From assembly GCA_963815095.1 (NCBI GenBank), contig CAWFFH010000003.1, forward strand, positions 1,088,001 through 1,152,000: 64,000 nt of DNA. The letters are read 5' to 3'. Numbering within the stretch: the first letter of the stretch is position 1; each line of letters begins with the position of its first letter. The translations under genes were made by a program, and so were the position numbers. A model generated the notes under the pieces. The model ran no database searches and was not told where the DNA came from. It saw only the letters and a list, made by a program, of their open reading frames with translations. This document shows positions 1 through 8,939 of the stretch, one piece after another. Source of the DNA: Candidatus Bathyarchaeota archaeon (lineage in GTDB: Archaea > Thermoproteota > Bathyarchaeia > Bathyarchaeales > Bathycorpusculaceae).

Positions 1-1
1 A

Positions 2-388
2 CACGACGAATTGATGTCGGTCGTTTTGGGGTTGCCACATTTTCTTGGCTTAGTGGCCTGCGAGACCTTACTTGAACAAAAGAATCTTTCTGAAACTAAG
101 AAAGTCGCTGGAACAACTTATCGAATGCTGTTTACGCTGGCAGAAGCGACGGCGCTGGAAACTCCAGACCTGTACGTTGCCGTACAAACGAGTCTGCCAG
201 AACTGGGAAACATCGAAGACACCTTCATGACTAAAGCCCAAGAACTACTCACCCTAATAAAGAACAAAGACACCAAAGCAATCGTCGAGCGCATGGAGCA
301 ACTAAAAAAGAAGCTCAAGGAAACCGACAGTGACTTCACAAAATCATACGAAACCATGTACAAAATGCTGGAATCCACAGAAAAATAA
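2..388 (+). CDS. tyrA: Prephenate dehydrogenase, C-terminal part (5' truncated by window)
   Basis: HDELMSVVLGLPHF resembles the TyrA HD..m...q.LpH motif; lies near pheA. Confidence 0.7.
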   Translation, partial: HDELMSVVLGLPHFLGLVACETLLEQKNLSETKKVAGTTYRMLFTLAEATALETPDLYVAVQTSLPELGNIEDTFMTKAQELLTLIKNKDTKAIVERMEQLKKKLKETDSDFTKSYETMYKMLESTEK

Positions 389-444
389 ACCGTCACAGAT
401 AAACTCAAGTAACCTTTTCTACTTTTATTAGTTGAGCTGTTTTT

Positions 445-798
445 ATGGAATGGAAAAAAGCGCCTATTGAGCTTGTAGATTTTATTAACGAAAAAATGAA
501 AGATAAAAACTGCGATTACAAAAAAATGTTCGGTTACCCCGCCTACTTTTTTAACGGTAACATGTTTGTTGGGGTTCACGGCGACAAACTTTTTCTGCGG
601 CTCTCCGAAGCCGACACAGCAGAAATAATGAAGGATTGCAAGGATGTAACTGCCTTTGAGCCCATGCCGGGAAGAGCAATGAAAGGATACGTTGTTCTCC
701 CCAAACCTATTTACTCTGAAGATAAACTTTTCACAGAGTGGCTCGACAAATCAATAAAATATGTTGCCTCGCTGCCGCCCAAAAAAGGAAAAAAGTAA
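445..798 (+). CDS. TfoX/Sxy N-terminal domain protein
   Basis: KKMFGYPAYFFNGNMF...LFLRL...PMPGRAMKGYV...W pattern typical of TfoX_N. Confidence 0.75.
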   Translation: MEWKKAPIELVDFINEKMKDKNCDYKKMFGYPAYFFNGNMFVGVHGDKLFLRLSEADTAEIMKDCKDVTAFEPMPGRAMKGYVVLPKPIYSEDKLFTEWLDKSIKYVASLPPKKGKK

Positions 799-799
799 C

Positions 800-1618
800 T
801 CAATAGGTAGCTTTGGGGTATGAACCTAAGATTTTGATAAACGTTGCATACTTTTCTAATGCCTTTAATGCTTCGGCACATTTGGCTTCAGTTCGGTGTC
901 CTTCAAAGTCAAGGTAAAAGTTGTATTCCCAGGCGGTTTTCTTGGTAGGTCTGGATTCGATGCGTGTCAGGTTGATGTTTCGTTTAGCGAATTCTCCAAG
1001 TGCATTGTAGAGTGAGCCGGGTTCATGTTTGGCTGAGAAGATGATGCTGGTTTTGTCTTTGCCTGTTGGGGCTGAATCTTCTTGTGATAAAACAAAGAAG
1101 CGCGTGTAGTTTTCTTTGTTGTCAGCTATGTCTTTGGCTAAGATTTGCATCTCGTAGAGTTCGGCGGCTCGTTGGCTGGCTATGGCTGCGGCGTTTAGGA
1201 GTTTTTGTTCTTTGATTATTTTGACGCTGCCCGCTGTGTCATAGGCTGGAATGATTTCCCATTTCATTTTTTCAAGGTAGTTTCGGCACTGGGCTAAAGC
1301 TTGAGGATGAGAATAGACCAATTTGATTTGATCTATAGTAGTGCCCTTGTTTACGATTAAGCAATGTGCTACTCTTACAACGACTTCTCCATAGACTTTA
1401 AGATCATAGTTGAAGAAGAGGTCGTAGTTCTGATTGATACTGCCTTCCAATGAATTCTCCACTGGCACCACACCAGACGCCACAGCTTTTTGCTTCACTT
1501 TTTCGAATACGTCGCGGAAGTCTCGACAAGGTTTAGCTTGCACCGTTTTACCGAAAAAATGGTAAACTGCCGCTTCGCTGTATGCGCCAGGTTCGCCTTG
1601 GAAAGCTACGTTTTTCAC
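800..1618 (-). CDS. pheA: Prephenate dehydratase
   Basis: VAFQGEPGAYSE, PVENSLEG, SHPQALAQC, NYTRF, IESRP motifs; ACT domain. Confidence 0.95.
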   Translation of the reverse strand: MKNVAFQGEPGAYSEAAVYHFFGKTVQAKPCRDFRDVFEKVKQKAVASGVVPVENSLEGSINQNYDLFFNYDLKVYGEVVVRVAHCLIVNKGTTIDQIKLVYSHPQALAQCRNYLEKMKWEIIPAYDTAGSVKIIKEQKLLNAAAIASQRAAELYEMQILAKDIADNKENYTRFFVLSQEDSAPTGKDKTSIIFSAKHEPGSLYNALGEFAKRNINLTRIESRPTKKTAWEYNFYLDFEGHRTEAKCAEALKALEKYATFIKILGSYPKATY

Positions 1619-3153
1619 TTTTTGTTTCCCTGCTTGTGATGATTTTTTATCAAAAGCTTGTTTATTCCATTTATCATTGCTTCAACGCTGGCCATAACGA
1701 TGTCTTCGCGGGCTGCTCGGGCGCTGACGATGTTGCCTTTTTCATCTTCAACTTTTATGACAACTTCAGCGACAGCATTGGATCCGCCAGTTATGGCTTC
1801 CAGTCGGTATTCGCTTAAGCGGATGTTTTCGAGGTTGCTTGTTAATTTTTGGATTGCTTTGAGGACTGCATCGACTGGTCCCACGCCTGTTTCGGCTGCG
1901 ACGTATTCTTTGCCATCAAGTATTATGCGCACGGAAGCGGTTGGAATAACTTTGATGCCTGTGACAACAGCCATGTCGCATAAGTCGATGATTTTTTCTT
2001 CCCCAATCACCTCGCCCATGACGGCAGAAGTTAACGCTATCAAATCGGCGTCTGTAACCATTTTGCCTTTGTCGCCTAATTCTTTGACGCGTTGGACGAT
2101 TTCTTTTATTTGTTCTTCTGTAGGGTGAATGCCGATTTCTTCGAGTTCCGCTCTGATTCCGCGTGTTCCAGCAAGTTTGCCAGCTACAAGTTTCCTCGTT
2201 CTCCCGACTAACTCGGGGTTTATTGGCTCAAAAGTCAGTGGTTTTTCGGTTACGCCCCTTGTGTGGATACCTGATTCATGTGCAAATGCGTTCTCGCCTA
2301 CAATTGCCTTGTTAGCCTGGACCGTAATTCCAGTTAACGAAGCAACCATTCGCGACGTGCTATAGAGTAAGCGGGTGTTAACGTTTGTCTTATACTTGTA
2401 AATCATGTTTAGTGCCATAACCACTTCTTCCAGCGAAGCGTTTCCTGCACGTTCGCCCAAGCCGTTGACAGCAACATGTACTTGGGCCGCGCCTGCTTCA
2501 ACCGCGGCTAAGCTGTTTGCAACTGCCAATCCAAAGTCGTCGTGACAATGTGTACTTATGGGCACAGTGACCACGGTTTTCAATTCTTCAATTAGTTTGA
2601 TTGTTGTTTTGGGAATCATGATGCCTACCGTATCGGGAACATTGAGGCTGTCCATGCCTGCGTCCTGTGCCGATTTACAGACTTGTTTTAGGAAAGGCAT
2701 TTCAGATCGGGTGGCATCCATAGGTGAAAACTCACATTTTACCCCATGTTTCTTTACATATGAAATTGAATCTATAGTGGCAGCCAAAACTTGCTCTTCT
2801 GTCAAATTAACCGCGTATTTCATCTGGACTTCTGATGTCGGAATGAAAACGTGGATCAAGTCAACATCGCATGCTAATGCCGCGTCAATGTCGCCTCTTG
2901 TTGCTCGAGATAACGCGCAGATTTCTGAAGTTAACTCTAACTTAGCTATGTCTTTGACGACTTTTTTTTCGCCTTCAGAAGAACTTGGAAAACCCGCCTC
3001 AATCACATCTACGCCTAGTTTGCTAAGTTGGCATGCAATCTCAATCTTATCGTCTGAAGTTAAAGAAACTCCGGGGGTTTGTTCCCCGTCTCTTAGAGTG
3101 GTGTCAAAAATTCGGATGGTTTTTGGGTTTTTATTTGTCATGCTTTCAGCCAC
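1615..3153 (-). CDS. leuA: 2-isopropylmalate synthase
   Basis: [33 protein letters not shown] and C-terminal regulatory domain; in leu operon. Confidence 0.85.
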   Translation of the reverse strand: MAESMTNKNPKTIRIFDTTLRDGEQTPGVSLTSDDKIEIACQLSKLGVDVIEAGFPSSSEGEKKVVKDIAKLELTSEICALSRATRGDIDAALACDVDLIHVFIPTSEVQMKYAVNLTEEQVLAATIDSISYVKKHGVKCEFSPMDATRSEMPFLKQVCKSAQDAGMDSLNVPDTVGIMIPKTTIKLIEELKTVVTVPISTHCHDDFGLAVANSLAAVEAGAAQVHVAVNGLGERAGNASLEEVVMALNMIYKYKTNVNTRLLYSTSRMVASLTGITVQANKAIVGENAFAHESGIHTRGVTEKPLTFEPINPELVGRTRKLVAGKLAGTRGIRAELEEIGIHPTEEQIKEIVQRVKELGDKGKMVTDADLIALTSAVMGEVIGEEKIIDLCDMAVVTGIKVIPTASVRIILDGKEYVAAETGVGPVDAVLKAIQKLTSNLENIRLSEYRLEAITGGSNAVAEVVIKVEDEKGNIVSARAAREDIVMASVEAMINGINKLLIKNHHKQGNKK

Positions 3154-4183
3154 TTTTCACTGTTAAGGCTGCAGCGATTGCTTCTGCCATGCCCACAGTT
3201 GTGGTGGTTCCGCCGCAGTCTGGAACAGATTGACGATTAGTCAATGCGTACACTACTCCATTCTCTATGGCTGCGCCTGCTTGTAAGCATTTCTTGTCAC
3301 TGTACTTTTCTCCCAGCCACTCCAGCATCATTTTTGCGGAGAGTATCATTGAGATTGGGTTGGCGGTGTGTTTTCCTGTGCGGTTGGGTGCTGAGCCGTG
3401 GATTGGTTCGAATAATCCAAAGTTGTCGCCTACGTTTGCGCCTGGAGCCATTCCTAAGCCGCCGATTTGTTGAGCTGCTTCATCGCTGAGTATGTCACCG
3501 AACATGTTGCATGTGCAGAAGACATCGAATATTTCTGGTTCCTTGATTAATCGCATGGACGCTGCGTCAACGTAGAGTTCGTTGAATGCGATGTCGGGGT
3601 ATTGTTTCGCGGTTTCGCGGCAAACATCACGGAATAAGCCGTCGGTTATGCGCATTACGTTTGCTTTGTGGATGGCGGTGACTTTCTTTTTGCCGTTGCG
3701 TAGGCGGGCGATGTCGAAGGCTTTTTTGGCTATTCGTTCGCAATTTTTGCGTGTGATAACTCTTAGGCATAGGGTTGTGTCATTGCCTATGGTGAATTCT
3801 AAGCCCTTGTAAACATCCTCAGTGTTCTCTCGTACAAACATCATGTTGATGTCTGGATGGGCAACTGGAACGTTGGGGTAAGCTTTCAGTGGACGCAGGT
3901 TAGCGTACAAGTCAAACATGACTCTGAGCTTCACTATGACATCTGCTGCAGACTCGCCAACTGGCCCCTTTAGGCAAGCATGGGAATTCTTAATTTTCTC
4001 TACAGTATCTGCCGGCAATGCAACGCCTATTCTCTCAAGTGCGACGTCGCCTGCTTCAGCTTCAATAATTTGCAGTTTTAGACCGAATTTTTTCTGGACT
4101 GCTTCTAGGACTTTTAGAGTGGCTTCGGTTAATTCTGGTCCGATGCCGTCGCCTGGAATTAAGGATATTTTGTATTCTGTCAT
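3146..4183 (-). CDS. leuB: 3-isopropylmalate dehydrogenase
   Basis: [32 protein letters not shown]; operon context. Confidence 0.85.
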   Translation of the reverse strand: MTEYKISLIPGDGIGPELTEATLKVLEAVQKKFGLKLQIIEAEAGDVALERIGVALPADTVEKIKNSHACLKGPVGESAADVIVKLRVMFDLYANLRPLKAYPNVPVAHPDINMMFVRENTEDVYKGLEFTIGNDTTLCLRVITRKNCERIAKKAFDIARLRNGKKKVTAIHKANVMRITDGLFRDVCRETAKQYPDIAFNELYVDAASMRLIKEPEIFDVFCTCNMFGDILSDEAAQQIGGLGMAPGANVGDNFGLFEPIHGSAPNRTGKHTANPISMILSAKMMLEWLGEKYSDKKCLQAGAAIENGVVYALTNRQSVPDCGGTTTTVGMAEAIAAALTVKSG

Positions 4184-4680
4184 TTTTTCATTTTTCCTTT
4201 CAAGTTCTCTATTAATCCGCCATCTGCCAATATTTCTAGGATGAATGGTGGAAGTTTTTCAACTTGGAATTTTTTGCCGTTTGAAGAGTTCTCGATTTTG
4301 CCCGCCTCAAAGTCAACAACTAATTCTTCGCCTGTTTCCACTGCGCTTGATATGCCTTTGCATTCGATTACAGGTAAACCAATGTTTATGGCATTGCGAA
4401 AAAAGATACGGGCAAACGATTCAGCGATTACGCATTTGACGCCTGAGTACTTCAAAGCTAAAGGAGCCTGTTCCCTGCTAGAGCCGCAACCAAAGTTTTT
4501 GCCGCCAACTAATATTACACCTTTTTTTGCTTTGTTGACGAATTCGGTGTCTAAGCTTTCTAAGGCATGTTTGGCTAACTCGCAGGGGTCAACTAAGATC
4601 AGGTATTTGCCTGGTAGGATGACGTCTGTGTCTATGTTGTTGCCGAATTTTATGGCTGGTGCTTTGATTTTGCTGTTCAT
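4180..4680 (-). CDS. leuD: 3-isopropylmalate dehydratase small subunit
   Basis: NIDTDVILP, NFGCGSSREQA, SFARIFFRN. Confidence 0.92.
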   Translation of the reverse strand: MNSKIKAPAIKFGNNIDTDVILPGKYLILVDPCELAKHALESLDTEFVNKAKKGVILVGGKNFGCGSSREQAPLALKYSGVKCVIAESFARIFFRNAINIGLPVIECKGISSAVETGEELVVDFEAGKIENSSNGKKFQVEKLPPFILEILADGGLIENLKGKMKK

Positions 4681-5945
4681 GGTTTTGTCACCAATTTTGT
4701 GGGGTCTGTTAATTTGCCTGTGATTGCGGAAGCCGCTACGGTTGCGGGTGAGGCTAAGTAGACGTTGGCTTGGGTGCTGCCCATTCTGCCGATGAAGTTG
4801 CGGTTGCTGCTGCTAACGCATGATTCGCCTGCTGCCAGTAAGCCGATGTGGCCGCCTAAGCATGGTCCACAAGCAGAACCACAAACGATTGCGCCTGCGT
4901 CGGTGAAGATTTCCATTAAGCCCTCGTTTAAAGCTTGGCGGTAGATTTCTTGGGAAGCAGGAATAACTAAAGCTCGTACGCCATCTTTGACGCGTTTTCC
5001 TTTGATTATTTCTGCGGCTAAGCGTAAGTCTTCGATTCTGCCGTTTGTACAGGAACCGATGAATGCTTGTTCGATTGGCACGTTCCCAACTTCCGAGACA
5101 GGTTTCACATTGTCCACTGAGGCTGGGCATGCCACTTGAGGTTCCATCTTGGAAACGTCAAACTCGACGGTGCGCTCGTAAACGGCGTCCTTGTCGCTTT
5201 GCAAGGTTTCAAAGGCAGGTAAGTTTTTGACTCTGCCCTCTAAGAATTTGCTTGTGGTTTCATCGGGTGCGATTATGCCGTTTTTGGCGCCCATCTCAAC
5301 TGCCATGTTGCACACAGTCATTCTTCCAGCAATGCTCATTTTTTTGATTGTTGGACCTGTGAATTCCGCTGCTTTGTATATGGCGCCATCTACACCTAAG
5401 TTGCCGATTACATTCAGGATTAGATCCTTTGGGGTAACGTACTTTTGGAAAGTGCCTTTAACATTAACTTTGATTGTTGGGGGTACTTTGAACCAGATTT
5501 TTCCTGTCGCCATAACTGCTGCTGCTTCGGTTGAACCGATTCCCGTGGCGAATGCGCCGAATGCTCCGTAAGTGCAGGTGTGGCTGTCTGCGCCAACGAT
5601 TACGTTGCCTGGTGTAACGTGTCCTTTTTCGGGCATAACTTGGTGGCATATTCCGCCTCTGCCTACGTCGTAGAAGGTGACGTTTTGGTCTTTGGCAAAT
5701 TGTCTCATAGTTTTGTGAAGTTCTGCTGCTTTTACTGATTCTGCTGGAACCTGATGGTCCAGAATCACAACTACTTTTTTGTTATTCCAAACTTTTTGAG
5801 AGCCTATTTTTTTGAAGGCTTCAACCGCTAAGGGTCCAGTTAAGTCATGAATCATGACCATGTCGACGTTTGCATCAACAATTTCGCCTGGATGCACAGC
5901 TTTTTTTCCTGAAGCCTTAGCTAAGATTTTTTCTGTAATGTTCAT
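4677..5945 (-). CDS. leuC: 3-isopropylmalate dehydratase large subunit
   Basis: DSHTCTYG, IGSCTNGR, CGPCLG, SNRNF aconitase-family motifs. Confidence 0.92.
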   Translation of the reverse strand: MNITEKILAKASGKKAVHPGEIVDANVDMVMIHDLTGPLAVEAFKKIGSQKVWNNKKVVVILDHQVPAESVKAAELHKTMRQFAKDQNVTFYDVGRGGICHQVMPEKGHVTPGNVIVGADSHTCTYGAFGAFATGIGSTEAAAVMATGKIWFKVPPTIKVNVKGTFQKYVTPKDLILNVIGNLGVDGAIYKAAEFTGPTIKKMSIAGRMTVCNMAVEMGAKNGIIAPDETTSKFLEGRVKNLPAFETLQSDKDAVYERTVEFDVSKMEPQVACPASVDNVKPVSEVGNVPIEQAFIGSCTNGRIEDLRLAAEIIKGKRVKDGVRALVIPASQEIYRQALNEGLMEIFTDAGAIVCGSACGPCLGGHIGLLAAGESCVSSSNRNFIGRMGSTQANVYLASPATVAASAITGKLTDPTKLVTKP

Positions 5946-6040
5946 AGTTTCTCTTACCTTTGAATTAACCTAAATATTACTAAGATAAATGGGAGTTTTA
6001 AAGAACAAGCAATTAAGTATTTCCGCTTTATCGATGCTGT

Positions 6041-6553
6041 TTATTCGTCGATTCTTATCGATTTTGCGCCTCGGGCTAGGGCTGTTATGCCTGTTCTGGC
6101 GAGTTCTATGATTCCGAATGTTTTCATGAGGTTGAGGAAGGCATCTATTTTGTCGGGGGTTCCTGTGATTTCGACGGTTAAACTGTCGGTTGAGACATCA
6201 ATGATTCTACCGCGGAAGACGTCTACACAGTTGATGATATCGCTTCTTTCTTTGGAACTGGGTACATTAACTTTTGTCAAAGCGAGTTCGCGCATGACAA
6301 AGTTACCTTGTGAGAGTTCGCTGACTTTGAGGACATCAATTTGCTTTGCGACTTGTTTGACCACTTGGTCGATTGTTTTTTCGTCTCCATTGATAGTGAT
6401 GGTCATGCGGGACGTATCTGGTTCTTGAGTGGGTCCGACAGTGATGCTTTCGATGTTAAAGTTTCTTCGACGAAACAGGTTCGCTATGGTGTGGAGTACT
6501 CCTGGTTTGTTTTCGACAAGGATGCTGATTACTTTGTTTTTTGCTGTTTCCAT
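6041..6553 (-). CDS. ilvN: Acetolactate synthase small (regulatory) subunit
   Basis: LVENKPGVL...RRRNFNIESITVG, RELAL, IELARTG. Confidence 0.95.
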   Translation of the reverse strand: METAKNKVISILVENKPGVLHTIANLFRRRNFNIESITVGPTQEPDTSRMTITINGDEKTIDQVVKQVAKQIDVLKVSELSQGNFVMRELALTKVNVPSSKERSDIINCVDVFRGRIIDVSTDSLTVEITGTPDKIDAFLNLMKTFGIIELARTGITALARGAKSIRIDE

Positions 6554-8265
6554 TAGTAGTCACCTATCTGTTGTGGTAAACCGCAGCCTGGAGGCACAAA
6601 GGGAACCACATCGGTCTCTGAGCCAATAGGCACATCGATTACCGTTGTTACTTTACTAGATAGTGCTGTCTTAACTGCTTTGTGGAACTCCTCGATAGAC
6701 GTCACGCGTAAGCCTCGTGCTCCGTAAGCTTCTGCCAACTTAACGAAGTCTGGAGATTTGCCCAAATGAACGGCCATGTAGCGGCGTTTGTAGAGCATTC
6801 TTTGCCATTGAGCAACCATGCCAAGGATTGAGTTGTTTAGCACTATGACAGTGACAGGGATGTTCTCAGTAACTGAGCATGCTAGTTCCTGTTCGGACAT
6901 TATAAAGCTGCCATCGCCTGCAATGTCCACGACAGGGCGGTCTGGGCACGCGACTTTAGCGCCTATTGCTGCTGGAAAACCAAATCCCATAGTTCCAAGT
7001 CCGCCTGAACTGATGAACGTTCGCGGTTTTAATGCTTGGAAATATAAAGCTGACCACATTTGGTTTTGCCCCACTTCCGTGGTAACTATGGCGTTTTCTT
7101 GCAAAAGCTTCCTCAGCTCGATCAGCAATGCTTTAGGCATCAGGTCTTTTGGCAACTCTTTTAGCAGCGGACTTAGTTGTTCTTTAGCTTCTTTCACTCG
7201 TTTTGTCCATGTTTTACCTTCGCCCTTCTGTAACTTTTGCGAGACCGCAGCATAAAGCATCTTCATCGTAACTTTAGCGTCTGCAACGATGGGGACGTCA
7301 ATTTCGATGTTCTTGTTAATTTCTGCGTTGTCGATGTCTACGTGAATTTTTTTAGCGTTTGGGGCGAAGCTGTTTAGGTTTGCGGTGGCGCGGTCAGAAA
7401 ACCTTGTTCCAACAGCCAGCAATACATCCGCTTCACCCATTAACTTGTTCGCTGCAGGGTTTCCGTGCATGCCGATGCTTCCCAGTGATAACGGGTTATT
7501 TTCTGGGAATGCACCTTTTCCCATGAAGGTAGTCGCAACAGGTGCCATCAGTAAATCTGACATTTTAACCAGTTCATCTGATGCGCCTGCAGTTATGACT
7601 CCGCCACCTGCCAGAATGATTGGGAATTGAGCTTTGGCTAACAGGTCTGAGGCTTCGCTGATTTTTGCTGGATTCGGTTCGGTTGGTAATTTGTAGCCGC
7701 GTAAATCAATTTTATTTGTAAATTCTACGTCGGCAACTCCTGATTGAACGTTCTTTGGTAAATCAATTAGGACAGGTCCAGGTCTGCCTGTGGTTGCTAT
7801 GTAGAAGGCGTTGTTGACCATGAGCGGAATTTCAGTAACGGTACGGGGTTGATAACTGTATTTGGTGATGGCGGTGGTGATGCCGATGATGTCTGCTTCT
7901 TGAAAAGCATCTCTGCCAATCATGTAGCTGGTGTTGGTGCCTGAAGCAGGAATTTGTCCCGTTAAAGCAATTATCGGAGAGGAATCCATGTAGGCATTCG
8001 CGATACCTGTTACTAGGTTAGTTGCTCCTGGTCCGCTGGTTGCCATACATACGCCTGCTCTCCCGCTGGCTCTTGCATAGCCTTCAGCTTCATGTGCTGC
8101 ACATTGTTCATGTCGTGCGAGGATGTGGCGGATTTTCTTGTTGCCGCATAACGCATCGTATACTGGGAGGATTGCGCCGCCTAATATGCCGAATATAACT
8201 TCAACTTTTTGATGTTCAAGGGATTCTAAGAGTGCTTGTGCACCAGACATTTTTGCCATTTTCAA
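6553..8265 (-). CDS. ilvB: Acetolactate synthase large subunit
   Basis: RHEQCAAH, TSGPGATN, SSGGLGTMG, GDGSF...NN TPP motif; AGGAG SD before TTG. Confidence 0.95.
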   Translation of the reverse strand: MKMAKMSGAQALLESLEHQKVEVIFGILGGAILPVYDALCGNKKIRHILARHEQCAAHEAEGYARASGRAGVCMATSGPGATNLVTGIANAYMDSSPIIALTGQIPASGTNTSYMIGRDAFQEADIIGITTAITKYSYQPRTVTEIPLMVNNAFYIATTGRPGPVLIDLPKNVQSGVADVEFTNKIDLRGYKLPTEPNPAKISEASDLLAKAQFPIILAGGGVITAGASDELVKMSDLLMAPVATTFMGKGAFPENNPLSLGSIGMHGNPAANKLMGEADVLLAVGTRFSDRATANLNSFAPNAKKIHVDIDNAEINKNIEIDVPIVADAKVTMKMLYAAVSQKLQKGEGKTWTKRVKEAKEQLSPLLKELPKDLMPKALLIELRKLLQENAIVTTEVGQNQMWSALYFQALKPRTFISSGGLGTMGFGFPAAIGAKVACPDRPVVDIAGDGSFIMSEQELACSVTENIPVTVIVLNNSILGMVAQWQRMLYKRRYMAVHLGKSPDFVKLAEAYGARGLRVTSIEEFHKAVKTALSSKVTTVIDVPIGSETDVVPFVPPGCGLPQQIGDY

Positions 8266-8415
8266 TTCAGTCTCCTATGATTTAATTTAACAACTATACT
8301 GTCGTCTAGGATGATTGTTTGCGAGAATTTTTTGGTGGTGTATTTAGAGGATAACCTGGGTGAATTAGAAAAGTTGTACCCGACGATCCCAACTATTGAG
8401 GTGACGATCCCTCAT
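8262..8415 (-). promoter_or_regulatory. ilvB leader with 16-codon uORF (8415-8365) and an overlapping start-less Ile/Val-rich +1 frame whose TGA overlaps the ilvB TTG
   Basis: Translated by hand; see findings. Confidence 0.45.
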
Positions 8416-8438
8416 GTTCTTGCCTCTTTTAACTCCAC

Positions 8439-8454
8439 GTTCTTTAAAAAGAAC
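8439..8454. promoter_or_regulatory. Palindrome GTTCTTT-AA-AAAGAAC overlapping a putative TATA box of ilvB
   Basis: Perfect 7-bp arms; GTTCTTTAAAA also occurs upstream of leuC (about 5996-6006, minus strand). Confidence 0.4.
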
Positions 8455-8620
8455 TATTCGTGCAAATAAAAAGTTTACGGTTTACGAATAAACCTTACAG
8501 TCGGTAAAGAATAATTACTTGGCAAAGCAACAAGACTGTTAGTTCCAATTTACTTTTAGACCTCTTTCCTAAATATTTCTGCATAAAAAATCTGTCAAAT
8601 GGGTTTAAAGGGGAAAAGTA

Positions 8621-8741
8621 GTTAATTAAGCGGATTTAGCCATGGGCTAACATCGGTGAGAGCAAAAACAGCGGAATAAGCCTCCTCCTTTGTTAGCCGC
8701 CAGACTCGCCCAACTTGGCTCTTAGTAGTTTGCTTCTTAAC
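8621..8741. ncRNA. Candidate structured ncRNA (about 120 nt, nested stem)
   Basis: Nested pairings GTTAA/TTAAC, AAGC/GCTT, AGCCA/TGGCT, GGCTAACA/TGTTAGCC; TATA-like boxes on both flanks. Confidence 0.35.
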
Positions 8742-8939
8742 CTTCTAACGAAAAGATTTGATATAAGGCAATGTGGTTACAATCGTGAAACAACAACCGC
8801 CAAGTTTCTTACTTCATTACCCAAAAATAATGTTTAACAAATAAAAAATTTAAAAAAGAAATTTTCGATTTTTAGTTAGCATGCTTTGTTGCTTGACTCT
8901 TTTGTTGCAGCCAACTTGTCAGTTTGACCTTTCAGGTTT

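Noticed and set aside
8623-8745. Minus-strand open frame KKQTTKSQVGRVWRLTKEEAYSAVFALTDVSPWLNPLN*
   Set aside because: No start codon after the upstream TAG; the base-pairing pattern explains the region better.
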